DNA of 32,000 nucleotides, taken from contig NC_017080.1 of NCBI RefSeq assembly GCF_000284115.1, positions 3,570,001-3,602,000 on the forward strand, read 5' to 3'. The stretch is from Phycisphaera mikurensis NBRC 102666. GTDB taxonomy: Bacteria; Planctomycetota; Phycisphaerae; Phycisphaerales; Phycisphaeraceae. Below are positions 1 to 8,484 of this stretch, one piece after another. Under the pieces are notes generated by a model that had not been told where the DNA came from, ran no database searches, and saw only the letters and a program-made list of their open reading frames with translations. Each line of letters begins with the position of its first letter. Position 1 is the stretch's first letter. The position numbers were made by a program, and so were the translations under genes.

Positions 1-1260
1 GCAGGCCCGGTACACCTCCGCCGCCGTGGTGTGCAGCGTCTGCCCGAGCAGCAGGCCGGACAGCCGCGGGTCCACGAGCACCGTGCGGTTGCCGTTGTTC
101 CAGTCGAGCGCCACCAGGCCGCTTTGGCCGGGGCTGAGCTTCTCGGCCTCGGCGTTGAGCGCGGCGTGAGCCTCGCCGCCGGTGCCGTAGCGCCCGGGCG
201 TCAGCTGCGCAACGGCCCAGGCGAAGAGGTCGCCCACCGCGGACTGCCCCGCCTCCAGCCCGGCCATGCCGCCGATGACGCTGCCGTGGACCACGCCGCA
301 GAGGCCCTCGATCTCCGGCACCGAGCCATCGGCCGCGAGGTCGCCGACGGTGATGTCGCAGGTGCTCGTGCCCATGATCTTCACCAGCACGCCGGGCTTC
401 ACGCCCGCACCGACCGCCCCCATGTGAGCGTCGAAGGCCCCGATGGCGACGGGGATCCCGCTCGGCAGCCCGCACGCCCGGGCGAGGTCGTCGCGGAGGA
501 TCCCGGCCTTCTCGTTAGGCGGGAAGGCCTCGGCGTAGAGCCGGTCACGCAGCCGAGCCAGCGCCGGGTCCAGCGCCGCGAGGAAGTCTTCGCTGGGCAG
601 CCCGCCCCACCGCTCGCTGAACATCGCCTTGTGCCCGGCGGCGCACACGCTGCGCTTGAGCGTCTCCGGCGTGGTGTCGCCGCAAGCCCAGGCCGTCAGG
701 TAGTCGCAGCACTCCACCCAGCTGTGCGCGGCCTCGAAGACGTCCGGCGCCACCCGCTTGCACCGCAGGATCTTGCTCCAGAACCACTCGCTGGAGTAGG
801 TGCCGCCGCAGGCGGCGAGGTACGGCTCGCCGCGCTCGCGGGCGAGCGTGGTGATCTCCGCCGCCTCGGCGTGGCCGGTGTGGTCCTTCCAGAGCCACGC
901 CTGCGCGGCGAGGTTCTCGCTGAAGCGCTCCTGGTGCGACAGCGGGGCCCCGTTGGCGTCGACCGGCAGCGGCGTCGAGCCGGTGGTGTCGATGCCGACG
1001 GCGACGACGCCGGCGGGATCGTGGCCCGCGGCCTCGAGGTCCTCCAGGGCGCCGCTCACCGCCTCGGCGAAGCCGTCGGTCCAGTCCTGCGGCCGCTGGC
1101 GTGCGAGGTCCGGGTCGGCGGGATCGAGCAGGATCCCGTTCTCGCCGGAGGGGTACGCGAAGACGCGGGAGGCGAGCTCGGCGCCGTCTTCGAGCGAGAC
1201 GACGACTGCGCGGCAGGAGTTGGTTCCGTAGTCGATGCCGAGGGAGAGAGGAGCAGGCAT
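1..1260 (-). CDS. araB: Ribulokinase / FGGY-family carbohydrate kinase, partial (C-terminus off the window)
   Basis: The reverse strand from ATG at 1260 reads MPAPLSLGIDYGTNSCRAVVVSLEDG..., with ...VAVGIDTTGSTPLPVD..., KIMGTSTCDI and GNRTVLVDPRLSGLLLG. These are FGGY/AraB motifs. The frame stays open to base 1. Confidence 0.9.
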   Translation of the reverse strand, partial: MPAPLSLGIDYGTNSCRAVVVSLEDGAELASRVFAYPSGENGILLDPADPDLARQRPQDWTDGFAEAVSGALEDLEAAGHDPAGVVAVGIDTTGSTPLPVDANGAPLSHQERFSENLAAQAWLWKDHTGHAEAAEITTLARERGEPYLAACGGTYSSEWFWSKILRCKRVAPDVFEAAHSWVECCDYLTAWACGDTTPETLKRSVCAAGHKAMFSERWGGLPSEDFLAALDPALARLRDRLYAEAFPPNEKAGILRDDLARACGLPSGIPVAIGAFDAHMGAVGAGVKPGVLVKIMGTSTCDITVGDLAADGSVPEIEGLCGVVHGSVIGGMAGLEAGQSAVGDLFAWAVAQLTPGRYGTGGEAHAALNAEAEKLSPGQSGLVALDWNNGNRTVLVDPRLSGLLLGQTLHTTAAEVYRAC

Positions 1261-1266
1261 CGGGGA

Positions 1267-1272
1267 AAGGTA
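1267..1272 (-). promoter_or_regulatory. Putative leaderless -10 box TACCTT of araB (N6 to ATG)
   Basis: The minus strand reads TACCTT-tccccg-ATG(1260). Confidence 0.6.
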
Positions 1273-1405
1273 CCGGCGGCGGAGCCGCCGGAGCCCGGCT
1301 CGAAGGGACGGAATCAGCAAGGGGTGAGCCGAGCGGAGCAACGCTGCGTTCTGCCTGCCGCCGTCTCTTCGTCCGTTCCAAGCCCACCCGGCCACGCGGC
1401 GGCCG

Positions 1406-1411
1406 TACCGT
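1406..1411 (+). promoter_or_regulatory. Putative leaderless -10 box TACCGT of the bshB1-like gene (N6 to ATG)
   Basis: TACCGT-ccaccc-ATG(1418). Confidence 0.6.
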
Positions 1412-1417
1412 CCACCC

Positions 1418-2119
1418 ATGAGCGCAGCGAACGTCCTGGTCATCGGTCCCCACCCCGACGACCAGGAGCTGGGCATGGGTGGCACGATCGCGAAGCTCGC
1501 CCGGTCCGGTCACAAGGTCCACGTCCTCGACATGACCAACGGCGAGCCGACGCCGCTGGGCTCGCCGGAGAAACGCCGGGCCGAGTGGGAGGCCGCGACC
1601 CGGATCCTCGACGGCGGCAGCGGGAACGTGACGCGGGAGAACCTCGACCTGCCCAACCGCAGCGTGACGCACACGCTCGAAGCTCGGCACAAAGTGGCCG
1701 CCGTGATGCGGGTGCAGCAAAGCGAGTTCGTCTTCTGCCCGTACTTCGAAGACGCCCACCCGGACCACGTCGCGACGACGCGGATCGTGGAGGACGCCCG
1801 CTTCGACGCGAAGCTGAGCAACACCGACCTCCCCGGCGAGCCCATCCACCCGCGGCGGCTGATCTACTACTACTGCACGCACCTGAAGATCGTGCCGAAC
1901 CCCACGCTGCTGCTGGACATCTCCGGCTTCGAGGACGCGAAGGAGCAGAGCATCCGGGCGTACCACACGCAGTTCGTGCTGCCCGAGAAGAACGCGAAGG
2001 TGGTGACCTGGGTCCGCCAGCAGAACGCGTTCATGGGCAGCCGGATCGGGGTGGCGTCGGCGGAGCCCTTCTTCCTCAAGGAGGTCGCGGGGCTCCGCAC
2101 GATCGACGGGATCCTCTAG
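1418..2119 (+). CDS. bshB1: PIG-L/LmbE-family deacetylase, BshB1-like (bacillithiol biosynthesis N-acetyl-glucosaminyl malate deacetylase type)
   Basis: 233 aa with VIGPHPDDQELGMGGTIAKLARSGHKV, the AHPDH motif, IYYYCTHLKIVPNPTLLLDIS and IRAYHTQF. The layout matches BshB1. The exact substrate is uncertain. Confidence 0.75.
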   Translation: MSAANVLVIGPHPDDQELGMGGTIAKLARSGHKVHVLDMTNGEPTPLGSPEKRRAEWEAATRILDGGSGNVTRENLDLPNRSVTHTLEARHKVAAVMRVQQSEFVFCPYFEDAHPDHVATTRIVEDARFDAKLSNTDLPGEPIHPRRLIYYYCTHLKIVPNPTLLLDISGFEDAKEQSIRAYHTQFVLPEKNAKVVTWVRQQNAFMGSRIGVASAEPFFLKEVAGLRTIDGIL

Positions 2120-3550
2120 CAGGCCGCTGCAGAAACCCACTGCCGGATCGTTGGCTTGAGGCACGGGGGTTGTCTGCGAATTCGTCGGCCAGCGGCGGGT
2201 GATCCGCCGCATCGTCGGGGGATTTTCAGCCGCTCGAACGGCGGCAGCACGGTGGGATCACCCACCGATCCAGCCATCGGCCTCTACGCCGCCATCAGGT
2301 TCCTCAGCCTCACCAGCGTCAGCCCCGCCGCGGCGATGTGCCACTGCTGTTGGATCCGCTCTCGACCCACCAGACGCGCCTTGCTCAAGAGTGCGTGGCT
2401 CTTCAACCAGCCAAACGGCTCCTCCACTTTCTTGCGTTTCCGCTGGCTGATCGCGTAGCCGCGGTCCCGCAGCTTCCGCCGGAAGTTGCGGAGCCTGGCC
2501 GCCAGTTTCGGCCGGTCCGCCTTCTTCGGCCCCCTCCGCCCGCCGGGCCGACGCTCGCGGCTGGGGGCAACGTGCGGGGTCGCCCCCCGGTCTTCGAGCT
2601 CGCGAAGAAACGCGCCGGCGTCGTAGCCGGCGTCGGCTCCGACCGTGCGGGCGCTGATCCCGTGGGTCGTCTTGAGCGTGTCGACCAGTTCCAGGGCCGT
2701 CTCCCGCTCGGCGAAGCCGTTGGCCTCGGAGAGCTTCATCCCCACGATGATGCCGCTGCGGTTGTCCACCAGCAGGTGGCCCATGTGCGAGAGCTTGGCG
2801 GGCTGGCCGTCGCCCTTGCGGTAGAGCTTGGCCTCCGGATCGGTCACGCTGCGGTGCGTGGCGTTGCTGCGCTTCTGGCCGTGGAAGTCTTGCTCGGGGT
2901 TGCGGCTCTTGAAGCCACCGGTGCCGCCGGGACCCTTGTCGTGGTCCTGATCGTCGCCGCCGCAGTGCTGCTTGCGGGCTTGAGCGGCATCGGCGGTGGC
3001 GTTGGGCACGAAGCTCTTGATGGAGCCGTGGCTCTCGATGAGCGTGCCGTCGACGCTGAAGTGCTCGGTGGAGACCTTGCCCGTGTCGATGGCCAGCTTG
3101 GTGACGGCGGTGAAGAACTTCTCGGCGAGCTTGTGCTTGATCAGCCGGTCGCGGTTGTGGGTGAAGGCGGTGGCGGCGGGGACCGGCTCGGCGGGGTCCA
3201 TGCCGCAGAACCACCGGAACACCAGGTCGGTGTCGAGGCGGTCGAAGAGCTTGGCTTCGCTGGAGACGCCGTAGAGCGCCTGCAAGAGCATGAGCTTGAG
3301 CAGCCGCTCAGGCGGGACACCTGGGCGGCCCACGTCGGCGTAGGCCGCGTCGAAGTCGGCGGTCATGTCGCCGAGGATGCGGTCGACGATCCGGCGAATC
3401 GGCCGCAGCGGGTGGTCGGGGCGGATGCGTTCTTCGAGGTCGATCGCGAAGAACATCGGGGACGAAGAGGCAACGCGGCCACGCATGAGAAGGCTCCTGA
3501 GGAAGAAGCCTCAGAAGTTAGCGCCATGGACGGGGTTTTGCAGCGGCCTG
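2120..3550 (-). mobile_element. IS5-type insertion sequence (about 1431 bp) with imperfect terminal inverted repeats and CTAG target duplications
   Basis: The left end CAGGCCGCTGCAGAAACCC (from 2120) matches 17/19 with the reverse complement of the right end CAGGCCGCTGCAAAACCCC (from 3550). It is flanked by CTAG at 2116-2119 and 3551-3554 and encloses one transposase ORF. Confidence 0.85.
2284..3486 (-). CDS. IS5-family-like DDE transposase (DUF772 N-terminal region)
   Basis: 400 aa: IDLEERIRPDHPLRPIRRIVDRIL, GVSSEAKLFDRLDTDLVFRWFCG, FSVDGTLIESHGSIKSF, ADAGYDA and KKVEEPFGWLKSHALLSKARLVGRERI. AGGAGC lies upstream of the ATG. Confidence 0.9.
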   Translation of the reverse strand: MRGRVASSSPMFFAIDLEERIRPDHPLRPIRRIVDRILGDMTADFDAAYADVGRPGVPPERLLKLMLLQALYGVSSEAKLFDRLDTDLVFRWFCGMDPAEPVPAATAFTHNRDRLIKHKLAEKFFTAVTKLAIDTGKVSTEHFSVDGTLIESHGSIKSFVPNATADAAQARKQHCGGDDQDHDKGPGGTGGFKSRNPEQDFHGQKRSNATHRSVTDPEAKLYRKGDGQPAKLSHMGHLLVDNRSGIIVGMKLSEANGFAERETALELVDTLKTTHGISARTVGADAGYDAGAFLRELEDRGATPHVAPSRERRPGGRRGPKKADRPKLAARLRNFRRKLRDRGYAISQRKRKKVEEPFGWLKSHALLSKARLVGRERIQQQWHIAAAGLTLVRLRNLMAA

Positions 3551-3554
3551 CTAG

Positions 3555-3576
3555 CGCGAAGGTGTCAGGTACATTC
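3555..3576 (+). repeat. 22-bp inverted repeat, left copy, of the RAYT unit
   Basis: CGCGAAGGTGTCAGGTACATTC; perfect inverted match at 4281-4302. Confidence 0.95.
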
Positions 3577-4261
3577 AGCCAACCTTGCGCTGGCCGCCGC
3601 GGCTCCGCATGGTGGACTCGAGCCCGTACTGCTTGATCGTGACGTCCCGCCAGGCGGGGTCGCCCAGCGGACGACCCCGGGCGATGCTCAGGCGGATGAC
3701 CTCCAGCTCCTTGGGCGACTGCGGACGGTTCACCCGCTCCACCCAGCCCGGCGGCCGCCGGCCCGGGGGCTCGGGCCACCCCGACAGCAAGCGGGTCTGA
3801 TCGAGCGTCCCGCCGTGCCACCGCCAGAGGCTGCCCCACCGCCAGTGCTCGGCCTTGGCCACCAGCCCCGCACGCAACGCGTTCCGCTCGACGTAGCGGC
3901 AGACCTTCACGAAGTGCTCGCCCGGCTGGACGATGAACGATCGGAACCTGCCCTGGTAGAGGTGCCCCTCGCCGGAGGTCTCCTGGTGCATGTGCCAACG
4001 CTTCGTGTGCGTGAGCGTCAACCACGCCATGAAGCGGCTGAGCACGCCGTCCTCCCTCGGGCGCAGCACCAGGTGCCAGTGGTTGGGCATCAGGCAGTAG
4101 GCCAAAATCTCGACCTGGGGGAACCGCGCCGCGGCCCGCTCCAGCACGGCCTCGAAGGCCAGGAAGTCGGCGTCGTCCGCGAAGATCGTCAGGCGGCCGT
4201 TCCCGCGGTTCATCGCGTGGTAGATCTTGTCCTTGGCGTCGATGCGGGGCGGGCGTCCGAT
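3575..4261 (-). CDS. REP-associated tyrosine (Y1/IS200-like) transposase
   Basis: GRPPRIDAKDKIYHAMNRGNGRLTIFADDADF...ILAYCLMPNHWHLVL...LTHTKRWHMHQETSGEGHLYQGRFRSFIV...VCRYVERNALRAGLV. The HWH (HUH) and Tyr motifs are present. The ORF track extends to GTG 4336, outside the inverted repeat. The proposed start here is ATC at 4261 (see findings). Confidence 0.85.
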   Translation of the reverse strand: MGRPPRIDAKDKIYHAMNRGNGRLTIFADDADFLAFEAVLERAAARFPQVEILAYCLMPNHWHLVLRPREDGVLSRFMAWLTLTHTKRWHMHQETSGEGHLYQGRFRSFIVQPGEHFVKVCRYVERNALRAGLVAKAEHWRWGSLWRWHGGTLDQTRLLSGWPEPPGRRPPGWVERVNRPQSPKELEVIRLSIARGRPLGDPAWRDVTIKQYGLESTMRSRGGQRKVG

Positions 4262-4280
4262 GGCCGAGCCTACCAGGATT

Positions 4281-4302
4281 GAATGTACCTGACACCTTCG
4301 CG
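4281..4302 (-). repeat. 22-bp inverted repeat, right copy, of the RAYT unit
   Basis: GAATGTACCTGACACCTTCGCG; reverse complement of 3555-3576. Confidence 0.95.
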
Positions 4303-4336
4303 GGCGTCGGGCGCTGGAAATGAGCCGGAGATGCAC

Positions 4337-4342
4337 TAGCGT
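4337..4342 (+). promoter_or_regulatory. Putative leaderless -10 box TAGCGT of egtB (N6 to GTG)
   Basis: TAGCGT-cccgcc-GTG(4349). Confidence 0.55.
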
Positions 4343-4348
4343 CCCGCC

Positions 4349-5737
4349 GTGACCGCCTGCACCCTCTCCCCTTCAGCGAGCCACGGGCCCCGCGTCGATC
4401 GGGACGGGCTCGCCGCCGCCTTCCGCGCCTGCCGTGTGCAGACGCTCGCGTTGTGCGAGCCGCTCAACGACGAGGACCACGTCGTCCGCTCCTCTCCCGA
4501 TTGCTCGCCCGCGAAGTGGCACCTCGCCCACACCACGTGGTTCTTCGAGCGCTTCCTGCTCGCCGACCGCACGCCCCAGGAGGCGGACCGGCCGCCGTAC
4601 GAGCCCTTCCACCCGCGGTACGAGTTCCTCTTCAACAGCTACTACAACGCCATCGGCCCGAGGCACTGCCGGAGCGAGCGCGGCGTGATCAGCCGCCCGA
4701 CCGTTGCCGAGGTCCTCCGCTTCCGCCACGCGATCGACAGCCGCGTGGAGCGGCTGCTGGAGTCGGTGGACGATGCGGCCCTCGCGGAGCTGGAGCCGAT
4801 CGTCACGCTGGGCATCCACCACGAACAGCAGCACCAGGAGCTGCTGCTCACCGACGTGAAGCACCTGCTGTCGAGCAACCCGCTGCTGCCGGCGTACATC
4901 GGATCCGCGGACGGAGGCGATCGCGCGGCGGAGCCGGCGGCGGTCCGCGGGAGCGCAGCGGCGGTGCTGGCCGGCACGCCCTTCGAGCGCCACGACGGCG
5001 GCGTCGCCCGCATCGGTGCCAAGGACGAAGCCGGCGCCTTCGCCTTCGACAACGAGCGCCCGCGGCACCGCGTCTTCCTCGAGCCCTTCGCGATCGCGGA
5101 ACGGCTGGCGGACTGGAGCGAGTACCTCGCGTTCGTGCGGGACGGCGGCTACGAGCGCCCGGAGCTGTGGCTCGACGCCGGCTGGGCCACGGTGCAGCGG
5201 GAGGGCTGGACCTGCCCGCTCTACGCCTGGGAGGATGAAGCCTCGCCCGCCGGATTCTCCGAGTACACGCTGCACGGCCCGCGGCCGGTCGATCCGGCCT
5301 CGCCCGTCTCGCACCTGTCGTTCTTCGAGGCCGACGCCTTCGCCCGCTGGGCCGGGGGCCGGCTTCCCACCGAGGCGGAGTGGGAGCACGCCTTCGCCGA
5401 CGGCCCCCCGCCGGCGAACGAGGACCCCTTCGCTTTCGTCGAGAGCGGCTCGCTGCACCCGCGTGTTGCCCACGCCGGGGGCACGGCCGCGTACGGACAC
5501 CTCTGGCAGTGGACCGCCTCCGCCTACCGGCCCTACCCCGGCTTCCGCACCGAGCCCGGCGCGATCGGTGAGTACAACGGCAAGTTCATGAGCGGCTGCA
5601 TGGTTCTCCGCGGCGGCTCCCTCGCCACCCCGCGCAGCCACGCCCGCGCGACCTACCGCAACTTCTTCGCCCCCGCGACGCGCTGGCAGTTCAGCGGCGT
5701 GCGGCTGGCGCTGGACGTTCCGGCCTCCGAAGCTTGA
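4349..5737 (+). CDS. egtB: Ergothioneine biosynthesis protein EgtB (DinB-like plus FGE-sulfatase domain)
   Basis: 462 aa: SPAKWHLAHTTWFFERFLL, FNSYYNAIG, the iron-binding region IHHEQQHQELLLTDVKH, ...LPTEAEWEHAF, LWQWTASAYRPYPGF and KFMSGCMVLRGGSLATPRSHARATYRNFFAPATRWQFSGVRLA. Confidence 0.95.
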   Translation: MTACTLSPSASHGPRVDRDGLAAAFRACRVQTLALCEPLNDEDHVVRSSPDCSPAKWHLAHTTWFFERFLLADRTPQEADRPPYEPFHPRYEFLFNSYYNAIGPRHCRSERGVISRPTVAEVLRFRHAIDSRVERLLESVDDAALAELEPIVTLGIHHEQQHQELLLTDVKHLLSSNPLLPAYIGSADGGDRAAEPAAVRGSAAAVLAGTPFERHDGGVARIGAKDEAGAFAFDNERPRHRVFLEPFAIAERLADWSEYLAFVRDGGYERPELWLDAGWATVQREGWTCPLYAWEDEASPAGFSEYTLHGPRPVDPASPVSHLSFFEADAFARWAGGRLPTEAEWEHAFADGPPPANEDPFAFVESGSLHPRVAHAGGTAAYGHLWQWTASAYRPYPGFRTEPGAIGEYNGKFMSGCMVLRGGSLATPRSHARATYRNFFAPATRWQFSGVRLALDVPASEA

Positions 5738-5904
5738 AGCGGGGCGAGGTTCAGCCGCCGGGCCGCGGGCGCACGGGGCCGGCGCTGCCGGGCCGCGGGT
5801 GCGTGACGACCAACAGGCGCAGCGTGTGCGGGAGAGGCCGGTGCGGCCCCGGGATTCCCATGTTACGTTTGGGGCGGCTCCGCCTCTCTCTCGTCCGCGT
5901 CAAC

Positions 5905-8472
5905 ATGCCCATCGCCTCCTCTCTGCTTCGGGGCGCCAGCGCGGCGGCCTTGCTTCTCGTCTCGGCGTCGCTTGGTCCAACCGCCAACGCCGGCGGTGCG
6001 CTGCGCGAGGCGCCGACGGGCGTCCCGGTGCCCTCCGCCGGACCCGGCGCGGCGGCCGGCGCGGTGGATGACGCCGCCGTCGTGCTCGGCAAGGCGGGCG
6101 CCTGGATGCTGCCGGAGGGTGCCGAAGCTTGGGAAACCGTCGCGCTGGATGCCGCCGCCTTCGCCGCGGTCGCGGCCGATGCGGCTTCCGGCACGCTCTA
6201 CCTCGCGGGCGGCATCGCAGGCGGCCGCCCCCACGCCGCGGTGCGTGCCGTCACGCGGGCCGGCGACGCCGTCAGGGAACGCCGCCTGGCGGACCTTCCC
6301 CGCGCCCGCGCGATGGCCGGCGCCGCCGTGGTCCGCGGAGCGCTCTACGTGCTTGGCGGGCTGGACGCGGTGGGCGAGGACGGCACCTCGACGCTGTTCC
6401 GGCTCGACCTCGCCGACGCGGCGGCGGGGTGGGAAACGCTCGCCCCGCTGCCCGGCCCGCCGCTGATCCTCCCGTCGGTGAGCGGCCTGTACGACCAGCT
6501 CAACGTCTTCGGCGGCCTGCAGCGGGACGGCGACGGCGGGTGGGCACCCGTTGCCGCCGCGTGGTGCTTCCGCCGCGTCCCGCTCGACGGCACCGTCCGG
6601 ACCGGCTGGCTCCCGATGACCGACCTGCCCGAGTCGCGCGCCGCCGCGGGCGTCTGGGCCACCGGCCAGGCCCACGCTCTGCTGCTCGGCGGGCTCACCG
6701 GCCCGGTCACGCTCGCCGACCTGCTCGCCGGCGAAGCGTCGCTCCCGCGGAGCCGCGACACCCGGCTCTTCCACGCGATCACCGAGACCTGGCTCCCCGG
6801 CGAGCCGCTGTCCGCGCCGAGCGCGCTCGCCACCGCCCTCCCCCGCGCCGGCCGGACGCTCCTGTTGCCGGGCCTCGGCGGAGCCGGTGCCGGCACCGCC
6901 GCGACGCTCTCCGCGCTCAGCCTGGACGTCACCACCCGCCGGATGGGCGGGCTCGACTACGCGGTGATTCTCGGCTACTTCCTGCTGATGGCCGGCATCG
7001 GCGTGTGGTTCGCCCGCCGGCAGACCAGCAGCGAGGAGTTTGCGCTGGGCGGCCGCAACGTCCGGTGGTGGGCCGCGGGCATCAGCATGTTCGCCACGGG
7101 CGCCAGCTCGATCAGCTTCATGGCGATCCCCGCGCAGACCTTCCGCACCAACCTGGTGTGGTTCGCCCCGCTGGTGGTCTTCATCGTGCCGATGTACCTG
7201 CTGCAGGCCTACGTCATCTACCCGCTGCTGCGCCGCCTGCGGCTGACCTCCACCTACGAGTTTCTGGAGCGCCGCTACAACCCGCCGCTGCGGGTGCTCG
7301 CCAGCCTGCAGTCGATCAGCTTCCAGCTGCTCGGCCGCATGAGCGTGGTGATGCTGCTGCCGGCGCTGGCGATCTCCGCGGTGACCGGCTTGGACGTCAT
7401 GCTCAGCGTCGCGCTGATGGGGCTGCTCACGACGGTCTACACCGCGATCGGCGGCTTCGAGGCGGTGATCTGGACCGACGTCACGCAGGGCCTGCTGATG
7501 ATGTTCGGCTGCGCGTTGATGGCGATCCTCGCGATCGCCAGCCTGCCCGGTGGGGTGGGCGAGTTCGTGTCGACCTCGGTGGCGTTCCAGCGCTTCGACT
7601 TCGCGATCTGGCGGATGGACCTGACGCTGCCGGTGCTGTGGATCGCCGTCCTGTCGATGCTGATGGCCAACCTCGGCTTCGCCGCCGACCAGCCGACGGT
7701 GCAGCGTGTCTACGCGACGCCCCTGCGGGACATGCGGAAGCTGGCGATGACCTACGCGGTGTGCAGCCTCGTGATCGCGGGCCTGGTCAACTTCCTGGGC
7801 GTCGCGATGTTCAGCTGGTTCCACGCCTTTCCCGAGCGTCTGGACCCGACGATGAGCAACGACCAGGTTGTGCCGCTCTTCGTGGTGGAGCGGCTTCCCG
7901 CCGGGGTCGCCGGGCTGATCGTGGCGGCGCTGTTCGCGGCGTCGATGTCGACGCTGAGCAGCAGCATGAACTCGGTCGCGACGCTGGTCAGCGAAGACTT
8001 CTACCGCCGTTTCGTCCCCGGCTCGACCGACGCCGGCCGGCTCCGCCTGATGCGGTGGGCCTCGCTGCTCGCCGGGGCGTTCGGCACCGGCGTCGCCCTC
8101 TACATGGCCCGGATGGACATCACCTCCATGTTCCAGGCGTGGTCGGAGATCACCGCCCTGCTCGGCGGAGGCTTCGTGGGCATCTACATCCTGGGCATGT
8201 TCACCACGAGGACCGGCAGCGCCGGCGCGATCGCCGGAGCGCTCGCCAGCGTCGCCGCCGCGATCTACGTCAAGCAGTACACGCCGCTGCACTGGCTGTA
8301 CTACGGGCCGGCCGCGATCATCGCCTGCGTCGCGGTCGGGTACCTCGTCAGCCTCGTGCTGCCCCGCCGCCCGCGCGACCTCACCGGCCTGACGATCTTC
8401 ACGCCCGCCCGCGAGATCAGCGACGCAGATCTTCCCGACGCCGCCCCCGCGGCCGCCGGCCGGGGCCGCTAG
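5905..8472 (+). CDS. Fusion protein: signal peptide, Kelch-type beta-propeller, then sodium:solute symporter (SSS family)
   Basis: From ATG 5905: MPIASSLLRGASAAALLLVSASLG (signal), Kelch-like repeats (YLAGGI, YVLGGLDAVGEDGTSTLFRLDL, NVFGGLQRDG, ALLLGG), then a SSS transporter (LDYAVILGYFLLMAGIGVWFARRQTSSEEFALGGRNVRWWAAGISMFATGASSISFMAIPA...). The ORF track starts upstream at 5734, which is less likely. Confidence 0.85.
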   Translation: MPIASSLLRGASAAALLLVSASLGPTANAGGALREAPTGVPVPSAGPGAAAGAVDDAAVVLGKAGAWMLPEGAEAWETVALDAAAFAAVAADAASGTLYLAGGIAGGRPHAAVRAVTRAGDAVRERRLADLPRARAMAGAAVVRGALYVLGGLDAVGEDGTSTLFRLDLADAAAGWETLAPLPGPPLILPSVSGLYDQLNVFGGLQRDGDGGWAPVAAAWCFRRVPLDGTVRTGWLPMTDLPESRAAAGVWATGQAHALLLGGLTGPVTLADLLAGEASLPRSRDTRLFHAITETWLPGEPLSAPSALATALPRAGRTLLLPGLGGAGAGTAATLSALSLDVTTRRMGGLDYAVILGYFLLMAGIGVWFARRQTSSEEFALGGRNVRWWAAGISMFATGASSISFMAIPAQTFRTNLVWFAPLVVFIVPMYLLQAYVIYPLLRRLRLTSTYEFLERRYNPPLRVLASLQSISFQLLGRMSVVMLLPALAISAVTGLDVMLSVALMGLLTTVYTAIGGFEAVIWTDVTQGLLMMFGCALMAILAIASLPGGVGEFVSTSVAFQRFDFAIWRMDLTLPVLWIAVLSMLMANLGFAADQPTVQRVYATPLRDMRKLAMTYAVCSLVIAGLVNFLGVAMFSWFHAFPERLDPTMSNDQVVPLFVVERLPAGVAGLIVAALFAASMSTLSSSMNSVATLVSEDFYRRFVPGSTDAGRLRLMRWASLLAGAFGTGVALYMARMDITSMFQAWSEITALLGGGFVGIYILGMFTTRTGSAGAIAGALASVAAAIYVKQYTPLHWLYYGPAAIIACVAVGYLVSLVLPRRPRDLTGLTIFTPAREISDADLPDAAPAAAGRGR

Positions 8473-8484
8473 GAATCCGCCGCC

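Larger units (their letters stand above)
3555..4302 (-). mobile_element. REP-associated tyrosine transposase (RAYT) unit bounded by perfect inverted repeats
   Basis: CGCGAAGGTGTCAGGTACATTC (3555-3576) is the exact reverse complement of GAATGTACCTGACACCTTCGCG (4281-4302). The pair encloses a Y1-type transposase gene. Confidence 0.75.

Noticed and set aside
31-2202. 723-aa plus-strand ORF antisense to araB and overlapping bshB1
   Set aside because: Low-complexity Arg/Ala/Gly/Pro translation, typical shadow ORF of high-GC DNA. The real genes on this DNA have clear family motifs.
5734-5904. Upstream start of the Kelch-symporter ORF overlapping the egtB stop
   Set aside because: The signal peptide begins at ATG 5905, and the extension is Arg/Gly-rich without homology.
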